A DNA stretch of 64,000 nucleotides from Candidatus Multivoradales bacterium (GCA_965212505.1 OZ243123.1:1617903-1681902), one strand, 5' to 3'. Positions 8,037 to 17,780 are shown, numbered from the stretch's first letter. Notes: generated by a model from the letters alone, not told the origin. A program made the numbers and translations.

Positions 8037-9427
8037 TCGCCGAGGACCTCGAGAATCTCGGGCGATTCCTCGTCCCACGCCAGAACCTCGTGGCACAGGT
8101 CGCAGTCCTGGGAAATCCTCGAGCCGTCGCCGCTCTCGTGCTCGTCGTCGTGACATCGATAGCAGCCCGGCGCCGACTCGTGGCCGCTGTGGTCGGCATA
8201 GGTGCCCCACGTGATGTTCATCTCTGGGAAGACGCTGCGCAGGTAGATCTCGGTGAGCAGTCGGCCGGCTCGGCGGAGTTCCCCTGGGTCGGTTTGCAGG
8301 GTCTCCGGGTAGTGCTCTTTGTAGAACGCCTGCAGCCTGGCGGGAATCTCGACCGCGGCCACTTCGCGGTCGAGCGATTCGCTCGCGAGCAGCTCGATTG
8401 CTTCTCGGCGGAAGTAGGGAAGTGACTCGAGCTCTCTGGTGGCGAGTAGGGCGTCGACCTCCGCCTCGGGCAGGCGGAAGCTGTGGGCCGGCCGATTGTG
8501 GCAATCGACGCAGTCCATCGTGCGCCACTCGAGCTCGCCCTCCTCGTCGGGCGGCTCGGCGCTCAGATAGGTCGTCGAGGTGCCGTCGGCTCGTCTCGTG
8601 ACCACGTCGTAGATCGTTTCGCGCTTCGGGTCTGACCGGTACTGGATCTCGACCGCCGGGTCGGCGTGCCAGTGAATTCCTCGGGAGACGTCTCCGACTC
8701 GTCCTCCCACGTGCATGTTGAGAACCGTGGCGATTGGCGTGTTCGCCTCGTCGTCGTCGTGTCGTCGGAGGATCGTCAGTGTGTCGCCGACGAATCGCGT
8801 GGCCGAATGACACTCGCCGCACGTCTCGTTGGCGGGCCGCAGCCCGTGTACCGGCGTCGGAATGGGCCGGTCGTAGAGGTCGAAGGCCACCGAGACGACC
8901 TGCCAAGCGCCGGAGATCTTCGACCTGGCGAACCAGTCGGCGCCGGAGCCGATGTGGCACTCCACGCAATCCACCTCTGCGTGAGGCGACGCGTGGTAGG
9001 CCGCGGCCTCTGGCTGCATCACCGAGTGGCAGGCACCGCCGCAGAAGGCGTTCGACTCCATCACCTCGACACCTTTGTAGGTCACGACGGCGAAGATCAT
9101 CACGTTGACGACCGAGAGGGCCAGCACCAGCAGCACAGCGCGGCGGGTGCGATCGTTGTTGAGGTCGAATACCGGGAAGGATGGCACCTCTTCCTGATTC
9201 GCAGTTTGCGATCTGTGTCTCCGGATGCCGATTGGAATCAGGAGGAGACCCACAGCCAGTAGGGCGGGGAAGATCAGGTAGGCCAGGATGCCGATGTAGG
9301 GGCCGGCGTCGAAGCCGACCAGCTCGAGCAGAAAGAGGGTGGCCACGATGGCGATGCTGAAGGTCGCCAAGGCCGCGCCGGCCAGGCTCAGGGAGTTGCG
9401 GGTGATGGCAATGAGCAGACTTCTCAT
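8033..9427 (-). CDS. Membrane-anchored NapC/NirT-like multiheme cytochrome c
   Basis: Three N-terminal TM helices, FCGGACH plus five CxxCH (CVECH, CGECH, CVDCH, CYRCH, CDLCH). Confidence 0.85.
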   Translation of the reverse strand: MRSLLIAITRNSLSLAGAALATFSIAIVATLFLLELVGFDAGPYIGILAYLIFPALLAVGLLLIPIGIRRHRSQTANQEEVPSFPVFDLNNDRTRRAVLLVLALSVVNVMIFAVVTYKGVEVMESNAFCGGACHSVMQPEAAAYHASPHAEVDCVECHIGSGADWFARSKISGAWQVVSVAFDLYDRPIPTPVHGLRPANETCGECHSATRFVGDTLTILRRHDDDEANTPIATVLNMHVGGRVGDVSRGIHWHADPAVEIQYRSDPKRETIYDVVTRRADGTSTTYLSAEPPDEEGELEWRTMDCVDCHNRPAHSFRLPEAEVDALLATRELESLPYFRREAIELLASESLDREVAAVEIPARLQAFYKEHYPETLQTDPGELRRAGRLLTEIYLRSVFPEMNITWGTYADHSGHESAPGCYRCHDDEHESGDGSRISQDCDLCHEVLAWDEESPEILEVLGD

Positions 9428-9490
9428 CCGTTGGTTCCTCTCTCACGGTGAACCGTCGACGGGTCCATCGACTGGGTCTTGCGGCTCACC

Positions 9491-9976
9491 TCAGACCTGC
9501 CGGCCTTCGATGAGAAGGCCCAGGAGATCCGATGTCGTCACGATGCCGGCGAGCGTGTCGCCGTCGATCACGAGAACGCGGTGCAAATGTCCCTTGAGCA
9601 TGAGCTCCGCGATCTCCGAGACGCCATCGTCGAGGGCGACCGAGAAGATCTTCGGCGTCATCACATCGCGAACGCAAACGTCGTCGTCGGACAGCCGCAG
9701 GTTCGGGAGCTCCTCCTGGGCGAAGCGATCGTCCGGACCTCGCAGGTAGAAGTCGGGGCACGCGTCGTCCCAGGCGAGGTGGCAACCCCGCTCCGAGGTG
9801 GCGGCGACCAGGTCGGTCGCCGAGACCACCCCCACGTATTCGCCGCTGTCATTGGTCACGGTGACGCCGGTGACCTGGTGATCGATCAGGAACGCTGCCA
9901 GTTCGCTGAGTGGGAGGGAGTCCGGAACGCTCAGGACGTCCGGTGTCATCAGATCCCTCGCGACGATCTCTCTCAT
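9491..9976 (-). CDS. CBS-domain pair protein
   Basis: VARDLMTPDV, VGVVSATDL, VRDVMT, GIVTTSDLL. Confidence 0.85.
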   Translation of the reverse strand: MREIVARDLMTPDVLSVPDSLPLSELAAFLIDHQVTGVTVTNDSGEYVGVVSATDLVAATSERGCHLAWDDACPDFYLRGPDDRFAQEELPNLRLSDDDVCVRDVMTPKIFSVALDDGVSEIAELMLKGHLHRVLVIDGDTLAGIVTTSDLLGLLIEGRQV

Positions 9977-10209
9977 CGTTCCTCTCCTTGCGCGTCCGCC
10001 AGAGGCGCCGGCGCGAGCCGCCTCTCTCGGGCGCTCGCTGCCGCGCCCCAGATTGCCAAGTGGGCGCCGAATCGACCACGACCGCTGGGGTAGGGCGCCA
10101 CCTATCTGACGGAGAACGAGCCCGCCCATGCGGGGGGGAGCTTTGTGGCCGGCGGGTGCCCGGCTAGACTCGTGTCGTTCCGCTCAACGAACAGCGAAGG
10201 AGGAGTTCG

Positions 10210-10668
10210 ATGCGAGAGACCCTTTCTAGGCCCGTCTGGAGTGTCCTCATTTCCGTGGCGATCGCGGTCGCCGTTCTGGCGACCGTCTCCGTGCCGGAGC
10301 GAGCAGATGCGCAGGGCGGAAACTCGTTCACGTTGTTTTCGATCCCCGCCGAGGCGTTGATGAGCGACGACGTCCAAGTCGCGATCGCCAATCCCGGGAG
10401 TCGCGGCTTCCGCGTCGTCATCGATTTTCTCGATCCGGCCGACTTCAGCGTCATCGAGAGCAGCGGCCTGCTGAACGTGCCGCCAGGCACCACGGCTTAC
10501 TACATCGACGAATTCGTGTCGTTCCGGACCCAGTTCCTCACGCGGGTGCGCGTCGACGCCCAGGCGGCCGAACTGCCGCCGCTTCGTGGGTCGGTACAGA
10601 TTTTCGACGAGACCGGAACGACGCTCTCGATCTTCTCGGACGGCTTCGAGTCGGGCGACGCCGCTTGA
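10210..10668 (+). CDS. Secreted hypothetical protein with C-terminal IFSDGFESGD motif
   Basis: RBS AGGAG, signal peptide, beta-rich body, terminal motif. Confidence 0.75.
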   Translation: MRETLSRPVWSVLISVAIAVAVLATVSVPERADAQGGNSFTLFSIPAEALMSDDVQVAIANPGSRGFRVVIDFLDPADFSVIESSGLLNVPPGTTAYYIDEFVSFRTQFLTRVRVDAQAAELPPLRGSVQIFDETGTTLSIFSDGFESGDAA

Positions 10669-10714
10669 ATTGCGTCGGCCTCGTCGCGAGTCGACGCTCT
10701 CGCGATCGTCCGCG

Positions 10715-11539
10715 CTAGCGGCGCGCCAGCCAGTCCGCGTAGAGCTCGGGGCGGCGGTCGCGCAGGAAGAGGTTGCGGGCGTGCGAGGCCTCGACCTGGG
10801 AGAGGTCGAGGTCGGCGAGCAGGAGGTGATCCTCGCCCTCTGGAGCTCGGGCGACGACTCGGCCCGTCGGGTCGCTGACGAACGACTCGCCGGCGAATTC
10901 GATCAGGTCCTCCCTGCCCACCCGGTTGCAGAGCGCGGTGAAGTAGCCGTTCTGGAAGGCGGCGACGTTCATCTCCGCTTCGAAGAGGCCGTCGGGCCAC
11001 TCTCCGACGGACCCCGCCTGCGGCACGACCACCAGTTCAGCACCACCCAGCGCGAGGGCGCGCAGGTACTCGGGGTAGTGACGGTCGTAGCAGATCGCTA
11101 CGCCGATCTTGCCGGCCCGGGTCTCGTAGACCGGTGCCCCCGTGTCACCGGGAGCGTAGTAGCCCTGCTCGTGGAAACAGGCGTACTCGGTGATGTGGAT
11201 CATGCGCGTGCGACCCAGTAGCGAGCCGTCGGCGTCGATGACCGGCGAACAGTCGTAGGTGGCATCGCCGTCGCGCTCGAACAGGTTCAAAACGGCGACG
11301 ACACCGAGCTCGCGCGCCCGCTGCGCGAACGCCTCCGTGATCGGCCCAGGCACGGTCTCCGCCAGTTCGCTGATGTCTCCTTCCGCAGGGCGCTGGGGGT
11401 GGAAGCGCTCGAAGGCGAGCTCGGCGTAGCAGACGAGCTCCGCACCCTCGGAGGCGGCCTGTTCGAATGCCTCGAGGCCGCGCTCCAGATTGACCTGTTT
11501 GTCGACTCCGGCAGCCTGCTGAACCAGTGCGATTCTCAT
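10715..11539 (-). CDS. Carbon-nitrogen hydrolase (nitrilase superfamily, N-carbamoyl amidohydrolase-like)
   Basis: MRIALVQ, YAEL, FHEQGYYAPGD, ICYDRHYPE, FLRDRRPELY. Confidence 0.9.
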   Translation of the reverse strand: MRIALVQQAAGVDKQVNLERGLEAFEQAASEGAELVCYAELAFERFHPQRPAEGDISELAETVPGPITEAFAQRARELGVVAVLNLFERDGDATYDCSPVIDADGSLLGRTRMIHITEYACFHEQGYYAPGDTGAPVYETRAGKIGVAICYDRHYPEYLRALALGGAELVVVPQAGSVGEWPDGLFEAEMNVAAFQNGYFTALCNRVGREDLIEFAGESFVSDPTGRVVARAPEGEDHLLLADLDLSQVEASHARNLFLRDRRPELYADWLARR

Positions 11540-11609
11540 GCGGCGGAGGATACCCGAAAGCGTGCCCGAGAGGCTTCGACGAGGCGCTGCTGCGTGCTAA
11601 ATTGCGCCG

Positions 11610-13775
11610 ATGCAACTGCGCCGTCGGGCCGTGCTCGCGCTGCTTTCGTTCCTCCTGTTGGCTGGCTGCCGAGAGCAGGCGCCGCTCCGAGAGCGACCGC
11701 TACTCGACGGCCGCCATGAGCCAGACGTGCTGGTCGAGGCGAGCTCGCTCGCGCTACCGCCGGCCTACGACGGCAATCGGCTGGTGAGTGGCTGGCGGCC
11801 GGTCCTCGGTCGGCGGGCGCTTCGGGGAGTTGTCCCCCATGAAGGCGGCGCTCGCATGGAGTTTGTGAACCTCCGACAGAGGCGCCGTTCGCTGGTGCTC
11901 AAACTCGCGTTCGCGGGCGCGCCGAGCGGCGAGGTGGCCTTGTCGTACGACGGCGAGGAGATCGCTCGTCAGCCGGCGAGCGAGCGCGTTCGACTGGGCC
12001 TGTCGGCCGATTTGCCCCTCGGGCGGGTGCCTCTCGATCTCTCGTTCGAGGGGGTCGAGGAGTTCATGATTCGCGAAGTGGCTCTGAAACCGGTGCTCGG
12101 CGGTGGCGACGTGCGATTTGTGCACGGTGCCATCGTGCAGTCGCCCTGGTCAGCGGTCGACTTCGTGCAGAAGTTCCCACCGGGCTCGGTGCTGCTCGGG
12201 AGCTTCCAGCCACCTCGCTCGAGCGGAGCAAATCAGCTGTTCGAGCTGCTCGTCGAGGTGGAGGGCTCCGAGCCACAGGCCGCGTTTCAATGGCGGGAGG
12301 GCGGGCCGCAAGACCTACGCGTCGAGCTCCCGGAGAGTGAGCTTCCGATTCGAGTGAGGCTCGCCGCGTCCGGTGAAGGAGAACCGGCCCGCTGGGACGG
12401 GCTCCGCGTCTCATGGAGTGCGCCGGAGCCTCCGACCCTGAACGTTCCCGAGGCGCCGCGAGTGGTGGTGCTCTACGTGATGGACGCGCTGCGCGCCGAC
12501 TATCTCGGCCACCTGGGCGGTCCCGAGGGTGTCTCTCCGACCATCGACCGCTTGGCGAGCGAGGGGGCGACGTTCACAGACCACTCGAGCGCCGCGCCGA
12601 ACACGAAGCCGTCGGTCAAGCAGCTCTTCATCGGCAAGCCGTTTCTACTGCGCGGTCACGATTCGCTGCCCCGCAGCGGCCCGCAGACTCTGGCGGGCGC
12701 GTTTACCGAGGGCGGCTACCGGACCTTCTCGCTGTCGGCGAGCCCCTGGGTGGGGAGAGCGTTCGGCACCGATCGGGGCTTTGACGTGAACTCGGCCCGA
12801 GCGCAATTCCGGACCGAACGAAACCGCCGCGTCGGCTACAACAACAGTGCCGAGCGGGTCCATGCGACGGCGCTCGAGGCCTTCGATGCACTCGAAGAGG
12901 GAGAGCGCGGGTTCTTCTACTTGCACACGATGCATCCGCACAACCCCTATCTGCCGCCCGAGCCGTATCTGAGTCAGTTCACCGGGGGCATCGACTCGAC
13001 CATCGACGGCAGGACGCCGACGCTCATGTCGCTCAAGGCGGGTACCACGGAGGCTACGGCGGCGGACCAGGAGCGTCTGAGAGGGCTCTATGCGGGTGGC
13101 CTGGCGTACAACGATGCTCAGCTCACCACCCTCCTGGACGAGCTCGAGCGGCGCTTCGAGCCGGGTGAGGTGCTCCTGATCCTGACCTCCGATCACGGCG
13201 AGGAGCTCTTCGATCATGGTGGGGTACTGCACGGCTACACGCTCTACGACGAACAGCTGAGAATTCCGCTCATCGCCTGGTGGCCGGGGGTGATCGAACC
13301 CCGGCGGATCGACACCGGCACCGACCACTTCGATCTGCACGCAACCCTGCGTGTCCTCGTCGAGCCCGAGTTCGAGTTCGACCACGGACTGCCTCTCTGG
13401 GGGCTGATGGACAACCCCGAGCAGATGTGGGCCAAGCCGGTTCGCTTCGCGGCGGCCTCCAGTCTCGCCGGCGGCATCTTTTCGGCGCAGTCGCGCGATC
13501 TGAAGCTCGTCTGGGCGCCGCGTGCCAACTACGGTTGGGGAATGGGCCAAGGCACCGGTCGCTCGCTCGACTTCGAGTACGTCTTCGATCTGCGCAACGA
13601 CCCCGACGAGAACGTCAACCTCGCGGCTCTCGGAGGTCTCGAGTACGACTGGCTCCGCTCCCGGCTCACGGCTTGGATCGAACGGGGCAAGTTGGACGAA
13701 GTGGGAGCCGATAGTGCTGAGGTGGTCGACGACGAGACCTTGGAACGACTTCGAGCCCTTGGGTATGTGGACTAG
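11610..13775 (+). CDS. Lipoprotein with C-terminal sulfatase/alkaline-phosphatase-superfamily domain (copy 1)
   Basis: Lipobox LLAGC; MDALRAD, HTMHPHNPY, SDHGEE...HG; terminal LRALGY. Confidence 0.85.
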   Translation: MQLRRRAVLALLSFLLLAGCREQAPLRERPLLDGRHEPDVLVEASSLALPPAYDGNRLVSGWRPVLGRRALRGVVPHEGGARMEFVNLRQRRRSLVLKLAFAGAPSGEVALSYDGEEIARQPASERVRLGLSADLPLGRVPLDLSFEGVEEFMIREVALKPVLGGGDVRFVHGAIVQSPWSAVDFVQKFPPGSVLLGSFQPPRSSGANQLFELLVEVEGSEPQAAFQWREGGPQDLRVELPESELPIRVRLAASGEGEPARWDGLRVSWSAPEPPTLNVPEAPRVVVLYVMDALRADYLGHLGGPEGVSPTIDRLASEGATFTDHSSAAPNTKPSVKQLFIGKPFLLRGHDSLPRSGPQTLAGAFTEGGYRTFSLSASPWVGRAFGTDRGFDVNSARAQFRTERNRRVGYNNSAERVHATALEAFDALEEGERGFFYLHTMHPHNPYLPPEPYLSQFTGGIDSTIDGRTPTLMSLKAGTTEATAADQERLRGLYAGGLAYNDAQLTTLLDELERRFEPGEVLLILTSDHGEELFDHGGVLHGYTLYDEQLRIPLIAWWPGVIEPRRIDTGTDHFDLHATLRVLVEPEFEFDHGLPLWGLMDNPEQMWAKPVRFAAASSLAGGIFSAQSRDLKLVWAPRANYGWGMGQGTGRSLDFEYVFDLRNDPDENVNLAALGGLEYDWLRSRLTAWIERGKLDEVGADSAEVVDDETLERLRALGYVD

Positions 13776-15933
13776 TCGCCTCGCCGCGTTTGCGGTCATC
13801 ACGCTCCTGGCCGCGGGCTGCGAGCGGGATGGCATTGTCGAACGGCCGCTCCTCGACGGGCACCACGAGCCAGACGTGCTCGTGGAGAGGGCTCGCCTCG
13901 AGCGGCCGCCGGCGAATTCGGGGAACCGGTTTGTGCGCGGGTGGCATCCTTGGAAGGTCGGCGATGTGGACACCCTGGTGCCCGGCGTCGGCGACGCGGT
14001 GGTCGAGATTGTCCACCTCAAGCAGCGCGAGCGGCGACTGACGCTCCGGTTCGCGGTGTTCGAGCCGGCTCCCGGAACGCGGGTCGAGGTGTGCCTCAAC
14101 GGCGAGCCCGCCTTCGACGTCGAGCTCACCAATCCGCTCGAGATTCCGCTGCCCGCCGATCTGCCGCCCGGGCGGGTTGCGATCGCTCTGAACTGCGGCG
14201 GCAATCCCGATCCACCTGGTGATGGGGTGGCGCCGTTGGCGGTGACCGAGGCGGTCGTCCGGCCTGCGGTTCCGGCTGGAGAGGTGGTCTTCCAGCCGGG
14301 TTGGGTCGTTCAGGCGCCGTGGTCGGCGATCGACTTCGTGCGCAAACTCGAGGCTCCGAACACGCTGCTGGGACGCTTCCGCGGGCCGGCTTCGAGCTCC
14401 GGCGACTTCTCGATAGAGGTCGAAGGGGCCGACGGGCTGGCCGAAACCGTCTATCGGTGGCCCGACGACGGTGAGGAAATCGAGGTCGATCTCGGCGTAC
14501 CCGCGGGCCTGGTTCGCCTGCGGCTGGTGGCGACAGGCGATGGGCCGCCCGGCCGCTGGGAAGAGCTTCGTCTGGTGTCGCGGGAACCGGCCGCCAAGCC
14601 GGCGCCCGCTCCTCCCCCAGCTCCCCGCTTGGTGGTCCTCTACGTCCTCGACGCGCTACGGGCTGACGCGCTCGGCCACCTCGGAGGCGTCGAGGGAGTG
14701 AGCCCGACGATCGACCGGATGGCGGCTGAGGGGGTGACCTTCACCAACCACTTCAGCGTTGCTCCCAACACCATGCCGTCGACCAAGGCGCTCTTCACCG
14801 GGCGCGCGTTCCGCACCAAAGGCGGCTGGAAGCTGACCGAGGAGGGTGGCCCGACGCTCGCCGAGGCGTGGCTCGAGGCCGGCTACCGTACAGCCGCCTA
14901 CTCGGCCAATGCGTTTGTCTCCTATGAGTTCGGGCTCGCTCGCGGCTTCGAACACGCGCCCCGCGCGGTCGGCGAGGTCGATCGCTCTGGACGGGTGGCG
15001 AGCGCTCAGCGCGTCCATCGGTTTGGAATCCGTTGGCTCGACGCGCTCGAGGCCGAGGACCGGGGGTTGCTCTACCTCCACACGGTGCACCCGCACAATC
15101 CCTATGAACCGCCCGAGCCGTTCCTGAGTACCTTCACCGAGGGTATCGACTCGACCATCGACGGTAGCTCACGCACGCTTCTCGACATCAAGCACAAACG
15201 CATCGAGATCGATGCTGCCGACCAAGAGCGGTTGATCGGCCTCTACCAAGGCGGCCTGGCCTACAACGACGCCGAGCTCGAGAAGCTGATGGCGGTCTTG
15301 AACGAGCGCTACGAGCCCGGCGAGGTGCTGTTTGTCATCACCTCCGATCACGGCGAGGAACTCTTCGACCACGGGGGCGTGTTGCACGGCTACACGCTCT
15401 ACGACGAGCAGCTGCACATTCCGCTCATCTTCTGGTGGCCGGGTGTGCTCGAGCCGGCGAAGATTGATCTGCCGACCGACGAGCTCGACCTGCACGCGAC
15501 GCTCGAAGCGCTGATTGCTCCCGATGAGACCGATCTCGGCGAGGGGGAAAGTTTATGGCCGGTACTCACCGGTGGGAATGACGACTGGCCGAAGGAGGTG
15601 CGTTTCGGAGCCGCCTCGAGCCTGCAGGGCGGCCTCTGGATGGCTCGGTCCGAGCGTGCGAAGCTCGTCTGGGCGCCGCGTCAGTCGACATCTTGGGGGA
15701 TGGGCCAGGGCCTGGGCCGCAGCCAGGATCCGGAGTACTACTTCGAGCTCGACTCGGACCCCGAGGAGAACGTGAACCTCGCCGGTGGGCCGGATCTAGA
15801 GGTCGCTTGGCTGCGCTCGTTGATGCTCGGCTGGTTGGAGCGCGAGAAGCTGTTCGATCTGGCGGCCTCCGACCCGGACGAGATCGACGAGGAGACGCGT
15901 CGTCGCCTGCGAGCGCTTGGCTACCTCGATTGA
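13765..15933 (+). CDS. Lipoprotein with sulfatase-like domain (copy 2, tandem paralogue)
   Basis: ATG 13765 overlapping the end of copy 1; lipobox LAAGC; same motifs as copy 1. Confidence 0.85.
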   Translation: MWTSRLAAFAVITLLAAGCERDGIVERPLLDGHHEPDVLVERARLERPPANSGNRFVRGWHPWKVGDVDTLVPGVGDAVVEIVHLKQRERRLTLRFAVFEPAPGTRVEVCLNGEPAFDVELTNPLEIPLPADLPPGRVAIALNCGGNPDPPGDGVAPLAVTEAVVRPAVPAGEVVFQPGWVVQAPWSAIDFVRKLEAPNTLLGRFRGPASSSGDFSIEVEGADGLAETVYRWPDDGEEIEVDLGVPAGLVRLRLVATGDGPPGRWEELRLVSREPAAKPAPAPPPAPRLVVLYVLDALRADALGHLGGVEGVSPTIDRMAAEGVTFTNHFSVAPNTMPSTKALFTGRAFRTKGGWKLTEEGGPTLAEAWLEAGYRTAAYSANAFVSYEFGLARGFEHAPRAVGEVDRSGRVASAQRVHRFGIRWLDALEAEDRGLLYLHTVHPHNPYEPPEPFLSTFTEGIDSTIDGSSRTLLDIKHKRIEIDAADQERLIGLYQGGLAYNDAELEKLMAVLNERYEPGEVLFVITSDHGEELFDHGGVLHGYTLYDEQLHIPLIFWWPGVLEPAKIDLPTDELDLHATLEALIAPDETDLGEGESLWPVLTGGNDDWPKEVRFGAASSLQGGLWMARSERAKLVWAPRQSTSWGMGQGLGRSQDPEYYFELDSDPEENVNLAGGPDLEVAWLRSLMLGWLEREKLFDLAASDPDEIDEETRRRLRALGYLD

Positions 15934-15974
15934 GCCGGTCGGGGTTCAGCTAGGATCGTCGCTCAGGAGGTCCG

Positions 15975-16916
15975 ATGCCCAATTCCCGCACACGCTGTTC
16001 TTGGTGGTATTTCGGAGTGCTCGCGGTCGCCGTACTGGTCGGCTGCGCGGCTCCAGTGGAGACACCGATGCCCGACGACTACGCAGACTCCATTGAAACC
16101 TGGCGTCACGATCGGGTCGCGAAGCTGACGAGCGAGACCGGTTGGGTGACGCTCGTCGGCCTCTTTTGGTTCGAGGACGGTGAGCACCGCATCGGCTCCG
16201 CGGTGGACAGCGAGATGCAACTGCCCGAGAAGGCTCCGCCTGCGGTCGGCGTGCTCCGAGCGAACGGAGATGAGCTCGTCCTCGATGTCGACGCCGGCAC
16301 CGAGGTTCTGGTGGACGGCAAACGCGTCGAGACGCTCGCTCTGGCCGACGATGATCCCGGGCCGGCAACGCAGCTCGAGGTCGGCGACTTCTCCGTCCAT
16401 GTGATCCGCCGCGATGAGCAACGGGCTCTGCGGGTACGCGACCGGAACCACCCGGCGCGCTTCTCACTAGGCGAGATCGAAAGCTTCCCGACGGATTGGA
16501 ACTGGCGGATCGAAGGTCGCTTCGAGGTCTCCGGCGCTGGCCGGACAATTCAGGTTCCCACCGTGCTCGGGACCGTTTCGGAGCAGCCGTCGAGCGGCAC
16601 GGTGGTCTTCGAGGTGGGGGGCGAAGAGATTCGCATCGATGTGGTCGCCGAGCCGGGCGCCGATCAGCTCTTCCTGATCTTCGGCGACGAGACCACCGGC
16701 CGGGAGACCTACGGCGGCGGCCGGTACCTCTACGCCGCGGCTCCCGACGAAGAGGGGGTGGTGGTGCTCGACTTCAACAAGGCCTACAACCCGCCCTGCG
16801 TCTTCACGCCCTTCGCCACCTGCCCGCTCCCGCCATCGCAGAATCGGCTGCCAGTGCGGATCGAGGCCGGCGAGAAGAGCTACGGCGCCAAGTCGTCGGC
16901 TGAGCCGACCGACTGA
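15975..16916 (+). CDS. DUF1684-family lipoprotein
   Basis: Lipobox LVGC; F.DETTGRETYGGGRYL and LDFNKAYNPPCVFTPFATCPLPP..NRL. Confidence 0.88.
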   Translation: MPNSRTRCSWWYFGVLAVAVLVGCAAPVETPMPDDYADSIETWRHDRVAKLTSETGWVTLVGLFWFEDGEHRIGSAVDSEMQLPEKAPPAVGVLRANGDELVLDVDAGTEVLVDGKRVETLALADDDPGPATQLEVGDFSVHVIRRDEQRALRVRDRNHPARFSLGEIESFPTDWNWRIEGRFEVSGAGRTIQVPTVLGTVSEQPSSGTVVFEVGGEEIRIDVVAEPGADQLFLIFGDETTGRETYGGGRYLYAAAPDEEGVVVLDFNKAYNPPCVFTPFATCPLPPSQNRLPVRIEAGEKSYGAKSSAEPTD

Positions 16917-17773
16917 GGGTCCCTCAGCTCACGTGCCTGGTCGGCGAGTTCCGCAAGGAGCGTCTGCGAGGCGCTCGCCTGAAGCCGCCAGAACCGATCC
17001 ACCTTGCCGTGCGGATCGACGTCGTTGCCTGCGGACTCGGCGGCGTGGGTCGCCAACCAGGTGAGTGTCGCCGAGGCGTCCTGGTCGAGGAGTGCCTCGA
17101 GGGCATAACGCCTCTCGCCGGCGCGAAGCCCGAGGCCGAGCTCTCGAGCGGCTCTCGCCAAGTCGTCGTGGAGGAGCAGGAAACCGGAGCGCACCGGACT
17201 CAGAAGCGTCTCGAGAAAGGCCACACCTCCCGACTCGCGCGGATCCTCGAGTTGTCGAGCCTCTCGAAGGTGGAGCGGCAGTGCGTCGGGCGCTTCGAGC
17301 TCGTTGGCCTGCTCGTCGAGCGTCCGGCGGGTCAAATGTGCCCAGGCAGCGTAGAACGGCGGAGCCGTCGCCTCGACCTTGTCGAGGTAGATCGGTAGCC
17401 AGCTCATCAGGTGCTCCCAGAACCAGGCGGTGCGTGCGTGACGCCACCCCGCTCGGAGGGATGTATCGGCCGTCGCTTCCGCTTCCAGCTCTGCCAGCCG
17501 GGCGTAGAGGCCGAGCATCGTCGCCAGGTGGTCGGGTTCGTCGGGTGGATCGAGTTCGAGGGCCCGCCAAAAGCCGGCGATTCGATCGCGCGCCTCTCCG
17601 CCGAGCTTGCCGCTCTCGTCGAGGTAGACGGAGGCGTACGGATAGAGCTGAAAGAGGAAGACACGCTCGTAGTCGCCTTCTTCGGCTGCGGGCAATCCCA
17701 GCAGGCTGCCGAGTTGCGCCGTCTCGGGAGTAGGCGGCTCGACCAGCGCGCCGAGGCTACGGATCAGTTCCAC
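16880..17773 (-). CDS. TorD/DmsD-family molybdoenzyme chaperone
   Basis: PYASVYL, EPDHLA, EHLMSW motifs; directly downstream of the molybdoenzyme. Confidence 0.88.
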   Translation of the reverse strand: MELIRSLGALVEPPTPETAQLGSLLGLPAAEEGDYERVFLFQLYPYASVYLDESGKLGGEARDRIAGFWRALELDPPDEPDHLATMLGLYARLAELEAEATADTSLRAGWRHARTAWFWEHLMSWLPIYLDKVEATAPPFYAAWAHLTRRTLDEQANELEAPDALPLHLREARQLEDPRESGGVAFLETLLSPVRSGFLLLHDDLARAARELGLGLRAGERRYALEALLDQDASATLTWLATHAAESAGNDVDPHGKVDRFWRLQASASQTLLAELADQARELRDPQSVGSADDLAP

Positions 17774-17780
17774 GAGCAGG

